Translations under genes and position numbers: made by a program
Assembly (NCBI GenBank): GCA_903919075.1
Contig: CAIXGR010000073.1
Coordinates: forward strand, 11,661 to 75,660
Length of the DNA stretch: 64,000 nucleotides
Source: an uncultured Bacteroidota bacterium
GTDB taxonomy: Bacteria > Bacteroidota > Bacteroidia > Chitinophagales > LD1
Reading direction: 5' to 3'
Shown here: piece after piece, positions 17,711 through 28,141 of the stretch
Position numbering within the stretch: the first letter of the stretch is position 1
Layout: each line of letters begins with the position of its first letter
The notes under the pieces: model-generated
Seen by the model: the letters and a program-made list of their open reading frames with translations, nothing else
Database searches by the model: none
What the model was told of the DNA's origin: nothing

Positions 17711-20700
17711 ATGATTACAAAAAAGCCCACTTTAAGCGAACAAATTGAGAAACGCATATTAGTATTAGATGGTGCAATGGGCACTATGATACAGGCGTAT
17801 ACATTAACAGAAAAAGATTTCCGCGGCCCACGTTTTGAAGATCATACACATGACCTTCGCGGAAATAATGATTTGCTTTCAATAACCCGCCCGGATATTA
17901 TTAAAGAGATACACGCCAAATATTTGGAAGCCGGTGCTGATATTATTGAAACCAATACTTTTTCATCAACCCGCATTGCGCAACACGATTATAAGTTAGA
18001 ACATTTAGCCTATGAGCTGAATTATGAATCGGCAAAAATTGCCAAAGAGGTTGCGGATGAATTTACCAAGAGAAATCCTGATAAGCCGAAATATGTGGCC
18101 GGTGCTTTTGGTCCTACTAATAGAACAGCATCTATTTCGCCGGATGTAAATAATCCGGGGTTTAGGGCAATCTCGTTTGACGAGTTAGTAGAGGCTTACA
18201 CTGAGCAAGCGCGCGGTTTGATTGACGGAGGTGTAGATTGGTTGTTGGTTGAAACAGTTTTTGATACCCTAAACTGCAAGGCTGCTTTGTTTGCCATTAT
18301 GCAGGTGCAAGATGAAATGGGAACTAAGCTACCGGTAAGCGTAAGTGGCACTATTACTGATGCCAGCGGAAGAACTTTGAGCGGACAGACAACAGAAGCC
18401 TTTTGGATTTCGATTAAGCATGCCCATCTTTTTTCGGTAGGATTAAACTGTGCGCTTGGCGCAAAAGATATGCGGCCATATCTTGAAACGCTTTCAGGTG
18501 TTGCTGATACCTGGGTGAGTGTTTATCCTAATGCCGGGTTGCCAAATGCTTTTGGTGGTTATGATGAATCGCCGAGGATGATGGGGTTGGATATTGAAGA
18601 TTTTTGTAAAAGCGGATTTGTAAATATTGTTGGCGGGTGTTGTGGAACGACACCGGAGCACATAAAAGTATTTGCAGCTGCGGCAGCAAAATATCCGCCG
18701 CGGGCAAAGCCCCATCGCTTTCCTTTTATGCAGTTAAGCGGGTTGGAGCCGGTTACACTTACTGCCGAGGCGAACTTTATGAATGTGGGCGAGCGGACGA
18801 ATGTTACCGGCTCGGCAAAGTTTTTAAAGCTTATTAAAGAAAATAAATACGAAGATGCATTGGCTGTAGCGCGCGACCAGGTTGAAGGCGGTGCACAGGT
18901 GATTGATGTGAATATGGATGAGGGAATGTTGGATGGGGTTGAAGCTATGCACAAATTTTTGAACTTATGCGCTGCTGAACCTGACATTGCCAAAGTACCG
19001 GTGATGATAGACAGCTCGAAATTTCCTATAATAGAAAGAGGGTTGAAATGTTTGCAGGGTAAAGGTATTGTAAATTCTATTTCACTAAAAGGTGGGGAAG
19101 AGGAATTTATAAAACAGGCTAAGTTAATTAACCGGTACGGCGCTGCAGTAATAGTAATGGCCTTTGATGAAAGAGGGCAGGCTGATAGTTATGAGAGAAG
19201 GATTCAAATTTGTGAGCGTTCATATAAAATACTTACCGAGCAGGTTGGTTTTGCTGCCGAGGACATCATTTTCGATCCGAATATTTTTCCGGTGGCTACC
19301 GGTATGGAAGAGCACCGGAGGAATGCGATAGATTTTTTCAGGGCTACGCAATGGATAAAGCACCACCTGCCACATGCACATGTTAGCGGCGGGGTTAGTA
19401 ATGTTTCGTTTTCGTTTAGAGGAAATAATGCGGTGCGTGAGGCGATGCACTCGGCATTTTTGTATCATGCAATAAAAAATGGTATGGATATGGGAATTGT
19501 AAACCCTGCCATGCTTGAAGTGTATGATGATATACCTAAAGATTTATTGGAGCGCGTAGAAGATGTTTTGTTGGATAGAAGAGAAGATGCTACCGACCGG
19601 CTGCTGGCTTTTGCAGAAACCGTAAAGAAAAAAGACAAGGCAGAAATAGTTGATGAAGAGTGGCGCAAGGGAACCGTTGAAGAACGACTGGCCCACGCGC
19701 TTGTAAAAGGCATTGTTGATTTTATAGATACTGATACGGAAGAAGCACGGGTTAAATACGGGAAGCCACTGACGGTAATTGAAGGCCCTTTAATGGCTGG
19801 TATGAATGTGGTAGGCGATTTATTTGGCAGCGGGAAAATGTTTTTGCCGCAGGTAGTAAAAAGCGCGCGGGTGATGAAGAAATCGGTGGCTTACTTGCAG
19901 CCGTATTTGGAAGAAGAAAAAAAACAAAACATACACGCCAAAGCAAACGGTAAGGTTTTAATGGCCACCGTTAAAGGCGATGTGCATGATATAGGAAAGA
20001 ATATTGTTAGCGTGGTGTTGGCCTGTAATAACTACGATATTATTGATTTAGGCGTAATGGTGCCAGCCGAAAGAATATTAGATGAAGCAAAAAAACAGAA
20101 TGTAGATATTATTGGATTGAGTGGTTTGATAACACCTTCACTGGATGAAATGGTACATGTGGCCAGCGAAATGGAGCGGCTTAATTTTAAGCTGCCGTTA
20201 TTAATTGGTGGAGCAACAACTTCGAAATTGCATACGGCTGTAAAAATTGCTCCATCATACTCAGGTAGCGTGGTGCATGTGTTAGATGCTTCGAAAGCAG
20301 TTACTGTTACCAGTAAGTTGTTGAGCAAAGATGAAAACGCAGGGATTGTTGCGCAGGTGAAAAAGGAATATGTAGCCCTGCGCGAAATACACGCGAGCAG
20401 GAAAAGCGACATTGAATATATTTCGTTGGAAGATGCACGTGCTAATAAATATAGAATTGACTGGGGTAAAACAGAAATTACCGAACCGGCTGTTACCGGC
20501 ATTAAAGTTTTTGATGACTACCCTTTAGCAGAGTTGGCGGAATATATCGACTGGTCGCCATTTTTTAGTACCTGGGAAATGAGTGGCACTTATCCGCGCA
20601 TTTTTGAAAGTGAAAAATATGGTAAAGAAGCCCGCAAGGTTTTTGACGATGCACAAGCACTTTTGAAAAAAGTAATTGACGGGAAATGGCTTACCGCGCG

Positions 20701-21412
20701 GGGAATTTTTGGGTTGTTTCCGGCTAGTAGTGTGGATGAGTTTATATATGTAGATGCTAGAACCAAGAATCAAGAAACAAGACAAGAATCGGAAATTGTT
20801 TTTCATCAAATGCGTCAGCAGACTAAGAAGCAGGGAGGGCAGCCTAATTTGTGTTTGAGTGATTTTATTAAGCCGAAAGGGGAAACTAAAAATTCTAAAA
20901 CAGATTATATCGGTGCATTTGCTGTTACTGCCGGTATTGGTATTGAAAAGAAATTGGCCGACTTTGAAGCAGACCTTGACGACTACCACAGCATTATGCT
21001 AAAGGCACTTGCTGACCGGTTAGCAGAAGCGTTTGCTGAAAGATTGCATGAGCGGGTCCGCAAAGAATTTTGGGGGTATGCTAAAGATGAAAATCTTTCG
21101 AAGGAACAATTGAACAAGGAAGAATATCGTGGCATTAGGCCCGCACCGGGTTACCCTGCCTGCCCCGACCATACTGAAAAACCGCTTATTTGGAAATTAT
21201 TAGATGTAGAAAAAAACACTGGAATAAAACTTACCGAATCGAACGCGATGTATCCGGCGGCTTCGGTTAGTGGTTGGTATTTTGGGCACCCGGAAGCAAA
21301 ATATTTTGGTGTGGGTAAAATACAGAAAGACCAGGTGGAGCAATTAGCGAAAGCTAAAGGATTGACACTTGCTGAGATGGAACGGTGGTTAAGCCCGAAT
21401 TTGGGGTATTAA
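17711..21412 (+). CDS. metH: Cobalamin-dependent methionine synthase
   Basis: 1233 aa with full five-module architecture. Hcy domain ([10 protein letters not shown]), pterin domain, B12-binding DxHDIGK ([11 protein letters not shown]), and AdoMet reactivation domain ([12 protein letters not shown]). Confidence 0.97.
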   Translation: MITKKPTLSEQIEKRILVLDGAMGTMIQAYTLTEKDFRGPRFEDHTHDLRGNNDLLSITRPDIIKEIHAKYLEAGADIIETNTFSSTRIAQHDYKLEHLAYELNYESAKIAKEVADEFTKRNPDKPKYVAGAFGPTNRTASISPDVNNPGFRAISFDELVEAYTEQARGLIDGGVDWLLVETVFDTLNCKAALFAIMQVQDEMGTKLPVSVSGTITDASGRTLSGQTTEAFWISIKHAHLFSVGLNCALGAKDMRPYLETLSGVADTWVSVYPNAGLPNAFGGYDESPRMMGLDIEDFCKSGFVNIVGGCCGTTPEHIKVFAAAAAKYPPRAKPHRFPFMQLSGLEPVTLTAEANFMNVGERTNVTGSAKFLKLIKENKYEDALAVARDQVEGGAQVIDVNMDEGMLDGVEAMHKFLNLCAAEPDIAKVPVMIDSSKFPIIERGLKCLQGKGIVNSISLKGGEEEFIKQAKLINRYGAAVIVMAFDERGQADSYERRIQICERSYKILTEQVGFAAEDIIFDPNIFPVATGMEEHRRNAIDFFRATQWIKHHLPHAHVSGGVSNVSFSFRGNNAVREAMHSAFLYHAIKNGMDMGIVNPAMLEVYDDIPKDLLERVEDVLLDRREDATDRLLAFAETVKKKDKAEIVDEEWRKGTVEERLAHALVKGIVDFIDTDTEEARVKYGKPLTVIEGPLMAGMNVVGDLFGSGKMFLPQVVKSARVMKKSVAYLQPYLEEEKKQNIHAKANGKVLMATVKGDVHDIGKNIVSVVLACNNYDIIDLGVMVPAERILDEAKKQNVDIIGLSGLITPSLDEMVHVASEMERLNFKLPLLIGGATTSKLHTAVKIAPSYSGSVVHVLDASKAVTVTSKLLSKDENAGIVAQVKKEYVALREIHASRKSDIEYISLEDARANKYRIDWGKTEITEPAVTGIKVFDDYPLAELAEYIDWSPFFSTWEMSGTYPRIFESEKYGKEARKVFDDAQALLKKVIDGKWLTARGIFGLFPASSVDEFIYVDARTKNQETRQESEIVFHQMRQQTKKQGGQPNLCLSDFIKPKGETKNSKTDYIGAFAVTAGIGIEKKLADFEADLDDYHSIMLKALADRLAEAFAERLHERVRKEFWGYAKDENLSKEQLNKEEYRGIRPAPGYPACPDHTEKPLIWKLLDVEKNTGIKLTESNAMYPAASVSGWYFGHPEAKYFGVGKIQKDQVEQLAKAKGLTLAEMERWLSPNLGY

Positions 21413-21555
21413 ACCCTCCAGTCCCCTAAAGAGCGAGCAGAGCCAAATATGTTTTTCCGATGTCTTCTTCGCTGATATATAAGGTGTTAGCATATTGACG
21501 AAAGTCAACCGGCTTTATTAAGCCAAGATTTTTAAAATGCGTATATTCGCGCCCT

Positions 21556-22551
21556 ATGGATCAGAACTTTCACCAGGCCGAATTTGATCAGCCACACCCG
21601 GAACGTACACGTGCAATTATGAAAGCCCACCCTGAGGTGCGCCAATTAATAGGACGAAATCCTTACACGGCACTTGTTATGCTGTTTGTATTAACCCTGC
21701 AAACAGGTATTGCTTATGCTATGGGCCATTTGGGCTTTAGCTATTGGTGGGTAAGTTTAATATTGGCCATTGGTGTTGGTGCATTTGCTAACCATTGTAT
21801 GTATGTAATTATACATGACGCTACGCACAACTTGGTTTTTACCAGCAAAACATGGAATAAATTTGTAGGCCTTTTGGCCGATCTTCCTAATCTTTTTCCT
21901 GCGGCAATGGGGTTTGGAGTATATCACTTAAAGCACCACGCACACCAAGGCGATTATGATTATGATGCGGACATTGCAAGCCATTGGGAAGCCCGGTTAA
22001 TTGGCAATAAATGGTACGGAAAAGCAACCTGGATGTTGTTGTTCCCCCTGTTTCAGTTAACTCGTCCGCCACGGTTAAAATCTATAGTAATGTGGAGCCG
22101 GTGGAGTTTTATTAACCTGTTTTTATGTGTGGCTTATGATGCAGCTATTGTTTATTTCTGCGGATGGCCAGGTTTAGTTTACCTTTTATTTTCTTTCTTC
22201 TTATCTATTGGGTTACATCCGGTAGGTGCACGTTGGGTACAGGAGCATTATACTTACGAAATAGACCAAGAAACAGCCAGCTATTATGGCCCTATAAACT
22301 ACGTTGCATTGAATGTGGGGTACCATAATGAACATCATGATTTTCCATCGGTGCCTTGGAACAGGTTGCCTAAAATTCGTGCTATAGCGCCGGAGTTTTA
22401 TGATACTTTGAAATATCATACTTCATACACAAAATTGTGGCTTTCGTTTTTATTTGATGAGCGCTATAGTTTATTCTCTAGGGTAGAAAGAACAAAAGCG
22501 GGCAAGGTGAGCCATGAGCGTGTTAGAAAAGTAGCTGAAGTTACGGCGTAA
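21556..22551 (+). CDS. Sphingolipid Delta4-desaturase (DEGS/Des1-like) family membrane desaturase
   Basis: 331 aa. The N-terminal Lipid_DES-type segment (HPERTRAIMKAHPEVRQL) is followed by three His boxes: HDATHN, HLKHHAHQG, HNEHHDFPSVPW. Confidence 0.8.
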   Translation: MDQNFHQAEFDQPHPERTRAIMKAHPEVRQLIGRNPYTALVMLFVLTLQTGIAYAMGHLGFSYWWVSLILAIGVGAFANHCMYVIIHDATHNLVFTSKTWNKFVGLLADLPNLFPAAMGFGVYHLKHHAHQGDYDYDADIASHWEARLIGNKWYGKATWMLLFPLFQLTRPPRLKSIVMWSRWSFINLFLCVAYDAAIVYFCGWPGLVYLLFSFFLSIGLHPVGARWVQEHYTYEIDQETASYYGPINYVALNVGYHNEHHDFPSVPWNRLPKIRAIAPEFYDTLKYHTSYTKLWLSFLFDERYSLFSRVERTKAGKVSHERVRKVAEVTA

Positions 22552-22584
22552 CCTGTTAGTGAACTTTCATAATAATTAATACTG

Positions 22585-22938
22585 ATGATGAAATTTTTGA
22601 AAGTATTATTACTTGCATTTCCGCTGCTTTTATTATTGAATAAATCTTCCAATGCGCAGTCGGGTGGTTATGCTACCATGCGGGTGTTTGATTGTAACAA
22701 GTCGGTAGGTTTGGGTTCGGGGTTTCTTTCAGCAAAAATTTTTATTGTGTATGAAGATGCTACTACCGAAGAGCTGCCCCTTTTGCCGTATACTGAAAAA
22801 AATGAGCTTGAAAACCTGAAAAATGTAAACCAGGTAATTAATAAATTAAAATCGAAGGGTTATTTTTTGATAAGCCAATACACTACCGGCGAGCAGGGTA
22901 ACTTGATATCGGATTATACTTTTTTGAAGCAGCATTAG
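22585..22938 (+). CDS. Small secreted hypothetical protein
   Basis: 117 aa with signal peptide (LLLLNKSSNAQ). No family recognised. Confidence 0.5.
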   Translation: MMKFLKVLLLAFPLLLLLNKSSNAQSGGYATMRVFDCNKSVGLGSGFLSAKIFIVYEDATTEELPLLPYTEKNELENLKNVNQVINKLKSKGYFLISQYTTGEQGNLISDYTFLKQH

Positions 22939-22944
22939 GAGCAG

Positions 22945-23670
22945 CTATTTTATATCAAAATTTAATTTTACCGTAATTGAGGCGGTTTTGTTTTTAGAGC
23001 TAGTATTAAAAGCACCTCCCCACGAATAATCTTCAGTAGAATTTTGGCCAGTAATTTGAAAAATGCCCATCTCTGCATTGCTGAGATTTCCAATTTTAGC
23101 ATCGGCATTCTCAGCAATTTTATCGGCTCTTAAATGACCATCCTTGGTGGCAGCAGCTAGCATTTCAATTTTTAGGTCGGAAAGTTTAGTGTAAAAATAA
23201 TTTGGCGGCATTGAGTTTAATTCAATGCCTTTATCCAATAGTTCAGTGACCTCGCGGGAGATACTTTCAATCTTATTTACTTCTTTGCTTTCAATTTGTA
23301 CCTCTTGCACAAGCATTGTGCCGGTGTATACTTGCTTATAATTATCTTCTGAAACTTTTACCCTGTCATATTGCTTAGTGCTTGTAATGGAAGAAAAAAC
23401 AATTTCATTTTCTTTTACTCCTTTAGCAAGAAGATAGTTTTTGATAAGCTCTGCATCTTTTTTTAAATTATTGAATGCTTCCTGTGTGTTCATAGATGTT
23501 CTTGAAAAACCACCTCTCCAAACTACTAAATCAGAGGTAAAGTCTTTGCTTGCAAGACCTGTGACACTTATAGTTTGTTTCCCCTTTTTGCCCTTAATCC
23601 AGGCATCGCGAAATATGATAGAAGTTATAATGATAGCTAGAGCGATAAAAAGCGAACCGGAATATTTCAT
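22945..23670 (-). CDS. SIMPL-domain (DUF541, YggE-like) protein
   Basis: 241 aa with an N-terminal anchor. ISVTG...ADLVVW-like opening and overall pattern typical of SIMPL proteins. It lies 3 nt downstream of the preceding gene. Confidence 0.7.
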   Translation of the reverse strand: MKYSGSLFIALAIIITSIIFRDAWIKGKKGKQTISVTGLASKDFTSDLVVWRGGFSRTSMNTQEAFNNLKKDAELIKNYLLAKGVKENEIVFSSITSTKQYDRVKVSEDNYKQVYTGTMLVQEVQIESKEVNKIESISREVTELLDKGIELNSMPPNYFYTKLSDLKIEMLAAATKDGHLRADKIAENADAKIGNLSNAEMGIFQITGQNSTEDYSWGGAFNTSSKNKTASITVKLNFDIK

Positions 23671-23673
23671 AAA

Positions 23674-24603
23674 TCAGTGTTGGAAGATGTTGGTTAATGC
23701 TTGTTCAATATTATTGAATTTAAAATTAAATCCTGCCTTTATTATTTTTTCATTCGAGCATTTTTGACTGCTTAAAACTACTTCGCTCAACTCTCCCAAA
23801 ACCAATTTTAACGCAAACGGAGGAACCGGCAAAAGCAATGCGTTTGATTTTTTTGCTTCAAGAATAGCCTTCATCAAATCTTTCATGAGTATTGGTGCAG
23901 GACCAGTAGTGTTATAGGCACCATGCATGTTTTTGTTTTCAATGGCGTGGAGTATTATTCCGCAAACATCATCTAAGTGTATCCAGGGGTAGTATAAATT
24001 GCTTTTTGAAAAATAATTTACAAACCCTAATGGCATAGTTTTAATAAGTTGAGGCAGCGCCCCACCGTTTTTTGCCAGTACAATACCTATGCGGCAGCGA
24101 ACTTCTCTTACTCCGAGATTGCCAATTTTTATAGCGGCCTGTTCCCATTCTTTACAAACTTGGGCTAAAAAATCTGTGCCTGGCTGCCTTTCTTCAGTAA
24201 CAAATTCGCCACCACAATCGCCATAATAACCTACTGCCGAAGCGCTGACAAATGTTTTTACTGTATGGTTGTTCTTTTTTAAAAAAGCCTCAATAAGGCC
24301 CGCACTTTGGGTTCTGCTATCAATAATTTCTTTTTTTCGGGCGTTAGTCCAAGGCTTATCTGCCACTGCGGCCCCTGCTAAATGAATGATGGTTGAAACC
24401 CCATCAAAGGCTTTAGGTTCAATTTCACCTTTTTTAATGTCCCATACATAGTGGTTAACGTGTTCTGTATTGAAATTCAATCCTTTTTGAGTGATATTAT
24501 TTGGCCTTCCTAAATGGTTAACGGCATAGCCCTTTAACAATAGTAACCCTGTAAGTCGGTGCCCAATAAGTCCGCTGGCGCCTGTAATCAATACTTTTTC
24601 CAT
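23674..24603 (-). CDS. TIGR01777-family NAD-dependent epimerase/dehydratase (SDR with DUF1731 C-terminus)
   Basis: 309 aa. Rossmann motif KVLITGASGLIGHRL and IIHLAGA; the C-terminal ...SSQKCSNEKIIKAGFNFKF is typical of this family. Confidence 0.85.
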   Translation of the reverse strand: MEKVLITGASGLIGHRLTGLLLLKGYAVNHLGRPNNITQKGLNFNTEHVNHYVWDIKKGEIEPKAFDGVSTIIHLAGAAVADKPWTNARKKEIIDSRTQSAGLIEAFLKKNNHTVKTFVSASAVGYYGDCGGEFVTEERQPGTDFLAQVCKEWEQAAIKIGNLGVREVRCRIGIVLAKNGGALPQLIKTMPLGFVNYFSKSNLYYPWIHLDDVCGIILHAIENKNMHGAYNTTGPAPILMKDLMKAILEAKKSNALLLPVPPFALKLVLGELSEVVLSSQKCSNEKIIKAGFNFKFNNIEQALTNIFQH

Positions 24604-24639
24604 ACTATCAAATTTTAGTGCTTGTAAACACTATATTTC

Positions 24640-24647
24640 TATATTTG
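24640..24647 (+). promoter_or_regulatory. Candidate -7 promoter box (TATATTTG) for the ABC importer operon
   Basis: Exact TAnnTTTG 22 nt upstream of the ATG at 24669. Confidence 0.4.
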
Positions 24648-24668
24648 CCCATCTTAAAAATATAAAAC

Positions 24669-26549
24669 ATGCGCCATCTATTCTATTCATTTATCATCAT
24701 CTCAGGATTCGCCTCTGTTTCAGCCCTTTCATCATGCACAGGGGGCGGCGAAAAACAAAAATCTTTATGCGATCAGGCAGGCGAGGACAACTCGGCTAAA
24801 AATAACGTAGACAGAACTGCTGTTAAGAGCGAGAGAGCAGGACTGAATGAGGTTGTTATACATATAGCAGGTGATATTGATAAATTGAATCCTCTTACCT
24901 CTACAGCGGCTGATGCCGGGTATGTTCAAGGTAAATTATTTAGTGGGTTACTGGATGTAGATCCGGATTCGTTTAATTTGTTTCCTCAGTTGGTAAAAGC
25001 GCGCCCAGAAATAAAACTGATTGAAGAAGGGGAATATAAAGGCGGTATGAGTATGACTTGGGAAATACGCCCAGAAGCTGAATGGGATAACGGCACCCCA
25101 ATCACTGCGGATGACGTGATATTTACATTGAAAGCACTTAAAAACCCACAAGTAGATGCTGAGCCATTAAGGCCTTATCTTGAATTTGTGGATGATGTAG
25201 TTGTTGACCCAAGCAATAACCGCAAGTTTACTTACATGTGCAAAGGACATTACTTTTTGAGCGAATATGCCGCAGGGCAGTTTGTGATTTTGCCGGAGTA
25301 TGTATACGATCCGGCTAAAGCCATGAGAAAATTTGCGATGAAAGATTTAAATAACGAAGAGAAAGCTGCCAAGCTAAAATCGAACCCGGATATTATAAAG
25401 TTTGCTACACAATTCAACTCTGAAAAATACTCGCGCGAGAAAGGATTTGTTTCAGGCTCGGGCCCTTATGAATTTGACCAGTGGGTTACCGGTCAGCGTG
25501 TTATTTTAAAACGCAAGAAAAACTGGTGGGGTGATAAATTAAAAGGCACTAACCGCGATTTTGTTGCTACACCTGATAAAATTATTTATGAAGTAATTGT
25601 GGATATTAACGCAGCAACTTCGGCTTTAAAAGGGGAAAAAATAGATGTTTTGACAGGCATAAAATCAAAAGACTATTTGGAGCTTTCGAAGGACAACAAG
25701 ATGCTGGAGAAATATAACTTTCATAAACCAGAGCAATTGGCTTATGCCTATATCGGGTTAAATGTAAGAAACCCCAAGTTGAGCGATGTAAAAGTTCGCA
25801 GGGCGCTTGCTTACTGTTTAGACGTAGATAAAATTATTGAGAAGATTCAATACTGCATGGCTAAACGTGTTGTAGGGCCTGTTAACCCCAATAAATCATA
25901 TTATAATAAAGACCTGAAATTAATTCCTTATGATATTGCGAAGGCTGGCAAGTTATTGGATGAGGCCGGTTGGAAAGATACTGATGGTGATGGTATACGC
26001 GACAAGGTGATTAATGGACAAAAAACAAAACTATCGCTCGAAATAAAATACCCAAGCGGCAGTGATGTGGTAGAAAAAATTATGACCATGTATGCCGAAA
26101 GCTGTAAAAAAGCCGGTGTTGAAATTACCCAAGCTCAACGCGAGTGGACGGTGTATTTGCAAGAAACAAAAGCACATAATATTGAAATGACGTATGGTGC
26201 ATGGATTGCTGCACCGGGACCGGATGATCCTAAACAAATTTGGAGTACATCTTCATACGATGGCGGTAGTAACTACGTAGGCTTTGGCGATCAAAAGAGC
26301 GATGAGATAATTGAAAAACTGCGTAATGAATTGGATGAAACCAAACGCAACGAGTTGTACAAGCAGTTTCAACAAATGGTTTATGATGCGCAGCCATATA
26401 TTTTCGTATCATCTCCATTAAATCGTATGGCAATACATGCCCGCTTTAAAAATGCAAGCCCTAAAGTGGCTAGGCCGGGTTATGTTGAAACAGAATTTGA
26501 ACTGGATAAAACTTTCGGTTCGAAAACAACGGCTGCACAGCCTCAATAA
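24669..26549 (+). CDS. ABC transporter substrate-binding lipoprotein, family 5 (peptide/nickel/opine type)
   Basis: 626 aa with lipobox LSSCTGG. SBP_bac_5-type sequence throughout (e.g. FNLFPQLV, WWGDK, YIGLNVRNPKLSDVKVRRAL). Confidence 0.88.
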   Translation: MRHLFYSFIIISGFASVSALSSCTGGGEKQKSLCDQAGEDNSAKNNVDRTAVKSERAGLNEVVIHIAGDIDKLNPLTSTAADAGYVQGKLFSGLLDVDPDSFNLFPQLVKARPEIKLIEEGEYKGGMSMTWEIRPEAEWDNGTPITADDVIFTLKALKNPQVDAEPLRPYLEFVDDVVVDPSNNRKFTYMCKGHYFLSEYAAGQFVILPEYVYDPAKAMRKFAMKDLNNEEKAAKLKSNPDIIKFATQFNSEKYSREKGFVSGSGPYEFDQWVTGQRVILKRKKNWWGDKLKGTNRDFVATPDKIIYEVIVDINAATSALKGEKIDVLTGIKSKDYLELSKDNKMLEKYNFHKPEQLAYAYIGLNVRNPKLSDVKVRRALAYCLDVDKIIEKIQYCMAKRVVGPVNPNKSYYNKDLKLIPYDIAKAGKLLDEAGWKDTDGDGIRDKVINGQKTKLSLEIKYPSGSDVVEKIMTMYAESCKKAGVEITQAQREWTVYLQETKAHNIEMTYGAWIAAPGPDDPKQIWSTSSYDGGSNYVGFGDQKSDEIIEKLRNELDETKRNELYKQFQQMVYDAQPYIFVSSPLNRMAIHARFKNASPKVARPGYVETEFELDKTFGSKTTAAQPQ

Positions 26550-26584
26550 ACGGAATGATTTTTTTGAAAAGATAAGCGCAGGTA

Positions 26585-28129
26585 ATGTTAGTATACATAC
26601 TAAAAAGGATTCTTTATTTCATTCCCACTTTTTTTATTATAGCAGGGCTTACGTTTTTGCTGGGAACCATGGCTCCCGGCGATCCGGTAGAATTGAAGTT
26701 AAGTGCCGGAATGCAAAGCTCGGAAGGGCAGGGGCAGGCTTCGGATAAACTTACCGGCGAAAAGGCTTACCGTGAGTGGAATGAAAAATTAGGTAGAGAC
26801 CTGCCTACATTTTATTTTAGTGTTACCTCAAAGTCATATCCGGATACGCTTTACAGGGTACTTCGTAAAACTGAGCGGGATAATTTAGAAAGGCTAATTG
26901 ATAGATATGGTAATTGGCCGCAAATTGTTGCCTACTATAAATCGGTAAAGGCCTTGGAAAGTGCTGCGATAAGTTTAAGTATTGATGCCTCAGATTCTAC
27001 AGCATTTAGCAGGGTAAAAACAGTGCGCGAAAGTTGCAATAATTTATATCGCCATTACGAGAATGAGGTTAACCAAATTGACCTTGATAATATTAAAACT
27101 GCAGTAAATACATCAATACAAGTAAAGGATAGCTCAGGAAATGTTATTAATTATCTCGCCCTGTCTCCGATTAAAGCACAGGCTGATGCGGTTTTCTCTT
27201 CTTATGATGCGATGAAGCAGCAGGCTACTACATCGCTTAAATATGTGCCGGCTATACATTGGTATGGTTTGCATAACCAGTTTCACCGGTGGCTGTTTGG
27301 CGATGTTCCTTGGTTTAGTGCAAACACCGACCCCGCTAAAGTTTCGAAAGGATTTTTCCGTGGCGATTTTGGTGATTCGTACTTAGATAACCGGCCGGTA
27401 AATTCAATTTTAAGAGATGCTATGAAGTGGACCTTGCTGATGAATTTTATTGCTTTTATTATCATTTATTCTATCAGTATTCCGGTAGGGGTTTCGTTGG
27501 CTGTAAAAAAAGGTACCCGGTTCGACAAGGCAATGACCGCTTCTTTGTTTATTCTTTATTCCGTACCAAGTTTTTGGGTGGGCACTATGCTTATTATTTT
27601 CTTTACCAATAACTATTACGCCAACTGGATGGATATTTTCCCGCCGTACGGCTTAGGTAAAATTGGACCTGAGTATACAACGTGGGCTAAAATTACAGAC
27701 CGGTCGTATCACTTAGTGCTGCCTATTTTTTGTGGTGTTTATGGAGCCTTTGCTTATATATCAAGACAAATGCGCGGAGGAATGATGTCAGTACTTCGGC
27801 AAGATTATATACGCACTGCTTTTGCTAAAGGCTTAGCGCCAAATACAGTTTATTGGAAACATGCATTAAGAAATTCGTTAATACCTATTATCACCATTTT
27901 CTCAAGCTTTTTACCGGCTATGATTAGCGGGGCTGTGATTATTGAATACTTATTTACCATTCCGGGCATGGGCCGGGTTAGTTACGAATCTACGGTGGCG
28001 TTAAATTACCCGGTGCAGTTTACCATCCTTATGTTTTCAGCAATACTAACAATGGCGGGCACTTTGTTATCTGATATTTTATATGTGATAACCGATCCGA
28101 GAATTTCATTTACCAAAAGAGAAGGATAA
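26585..28129 (+). CDS. ABC transporter permease (DppB/OppB-like) with a large extracytoplasmic insertion after TM1
   Basis: 514 aa. N-terminus MLVYILKRILYFIPTFFII; EAA-loop region (QDYIRTAFAKGL); C-terminus DILYVITDPRI. About 250 aa are inserted between TM1 and TM2. Confidence 0.88.
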   Translation: MLVYILKRILYFIPTFFIIAGLTFLLGTMAPGDPVELKLSAGMQSSEGQGQASDKLTGEKAYREWNEKLGRDLPTFYFSVTSKSYPDTLYRVLRKTERDNLERLIDRYGNWPQIVAYYKSVKALESAAISLSIDASDSTAFSRVKTVRESCNNLYRHYENEVNQIDLDNIKTAVNTSIQVKDSSGNVINYLALSPIKAQADAVFSSYDAMKQQATTSLKYVPAIHWYGLHNQFHRWLFGDVPWFSANTDPAKVSKGFFRGDFGDSYLDNRPVNSILRDAMKWTLLMNFIAFIIIYSISIPVGVSLAVKKGTRFDKAMTASLFILYSVPSFWVGTMLIIFFTNNYYANWMDIFPPYGLGKIGPEYTTWAKITDRSYHLVLPIFCGVYGAFAYISRQMRGGMMSVLRQDYIRTAFAKGLAPNTVYWKHALRNSLIPIITIFSSFLPAMISGAVIIEYLFTIPGMGRVSYESTVALNYPVQFTILMFSAILTMAGTLLSDILYVITDPRISFTKREG

Positions 28130-28141
28130 TTTTTTTAGAAG

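Noticed and set aside
20032-20989. Two long minus-strand ORFs (156 and 154 aa) plus several shorter ones antisense to metH.
   Set aside because: They are fully embedded in a highly conserved 1233-aa metH reading frame. Their products are low-complexity with no motifs, which is typical of antisense shadow ORFs.
26437-26748. A 103-aa ORF bridging the end of the SBP gene and the start of the first permease gene.
   Set aside because: It overlaps two well-supported genes in another frame. The permease start at 26585 (MLVYILKRILYFIPTFF) is canonical.
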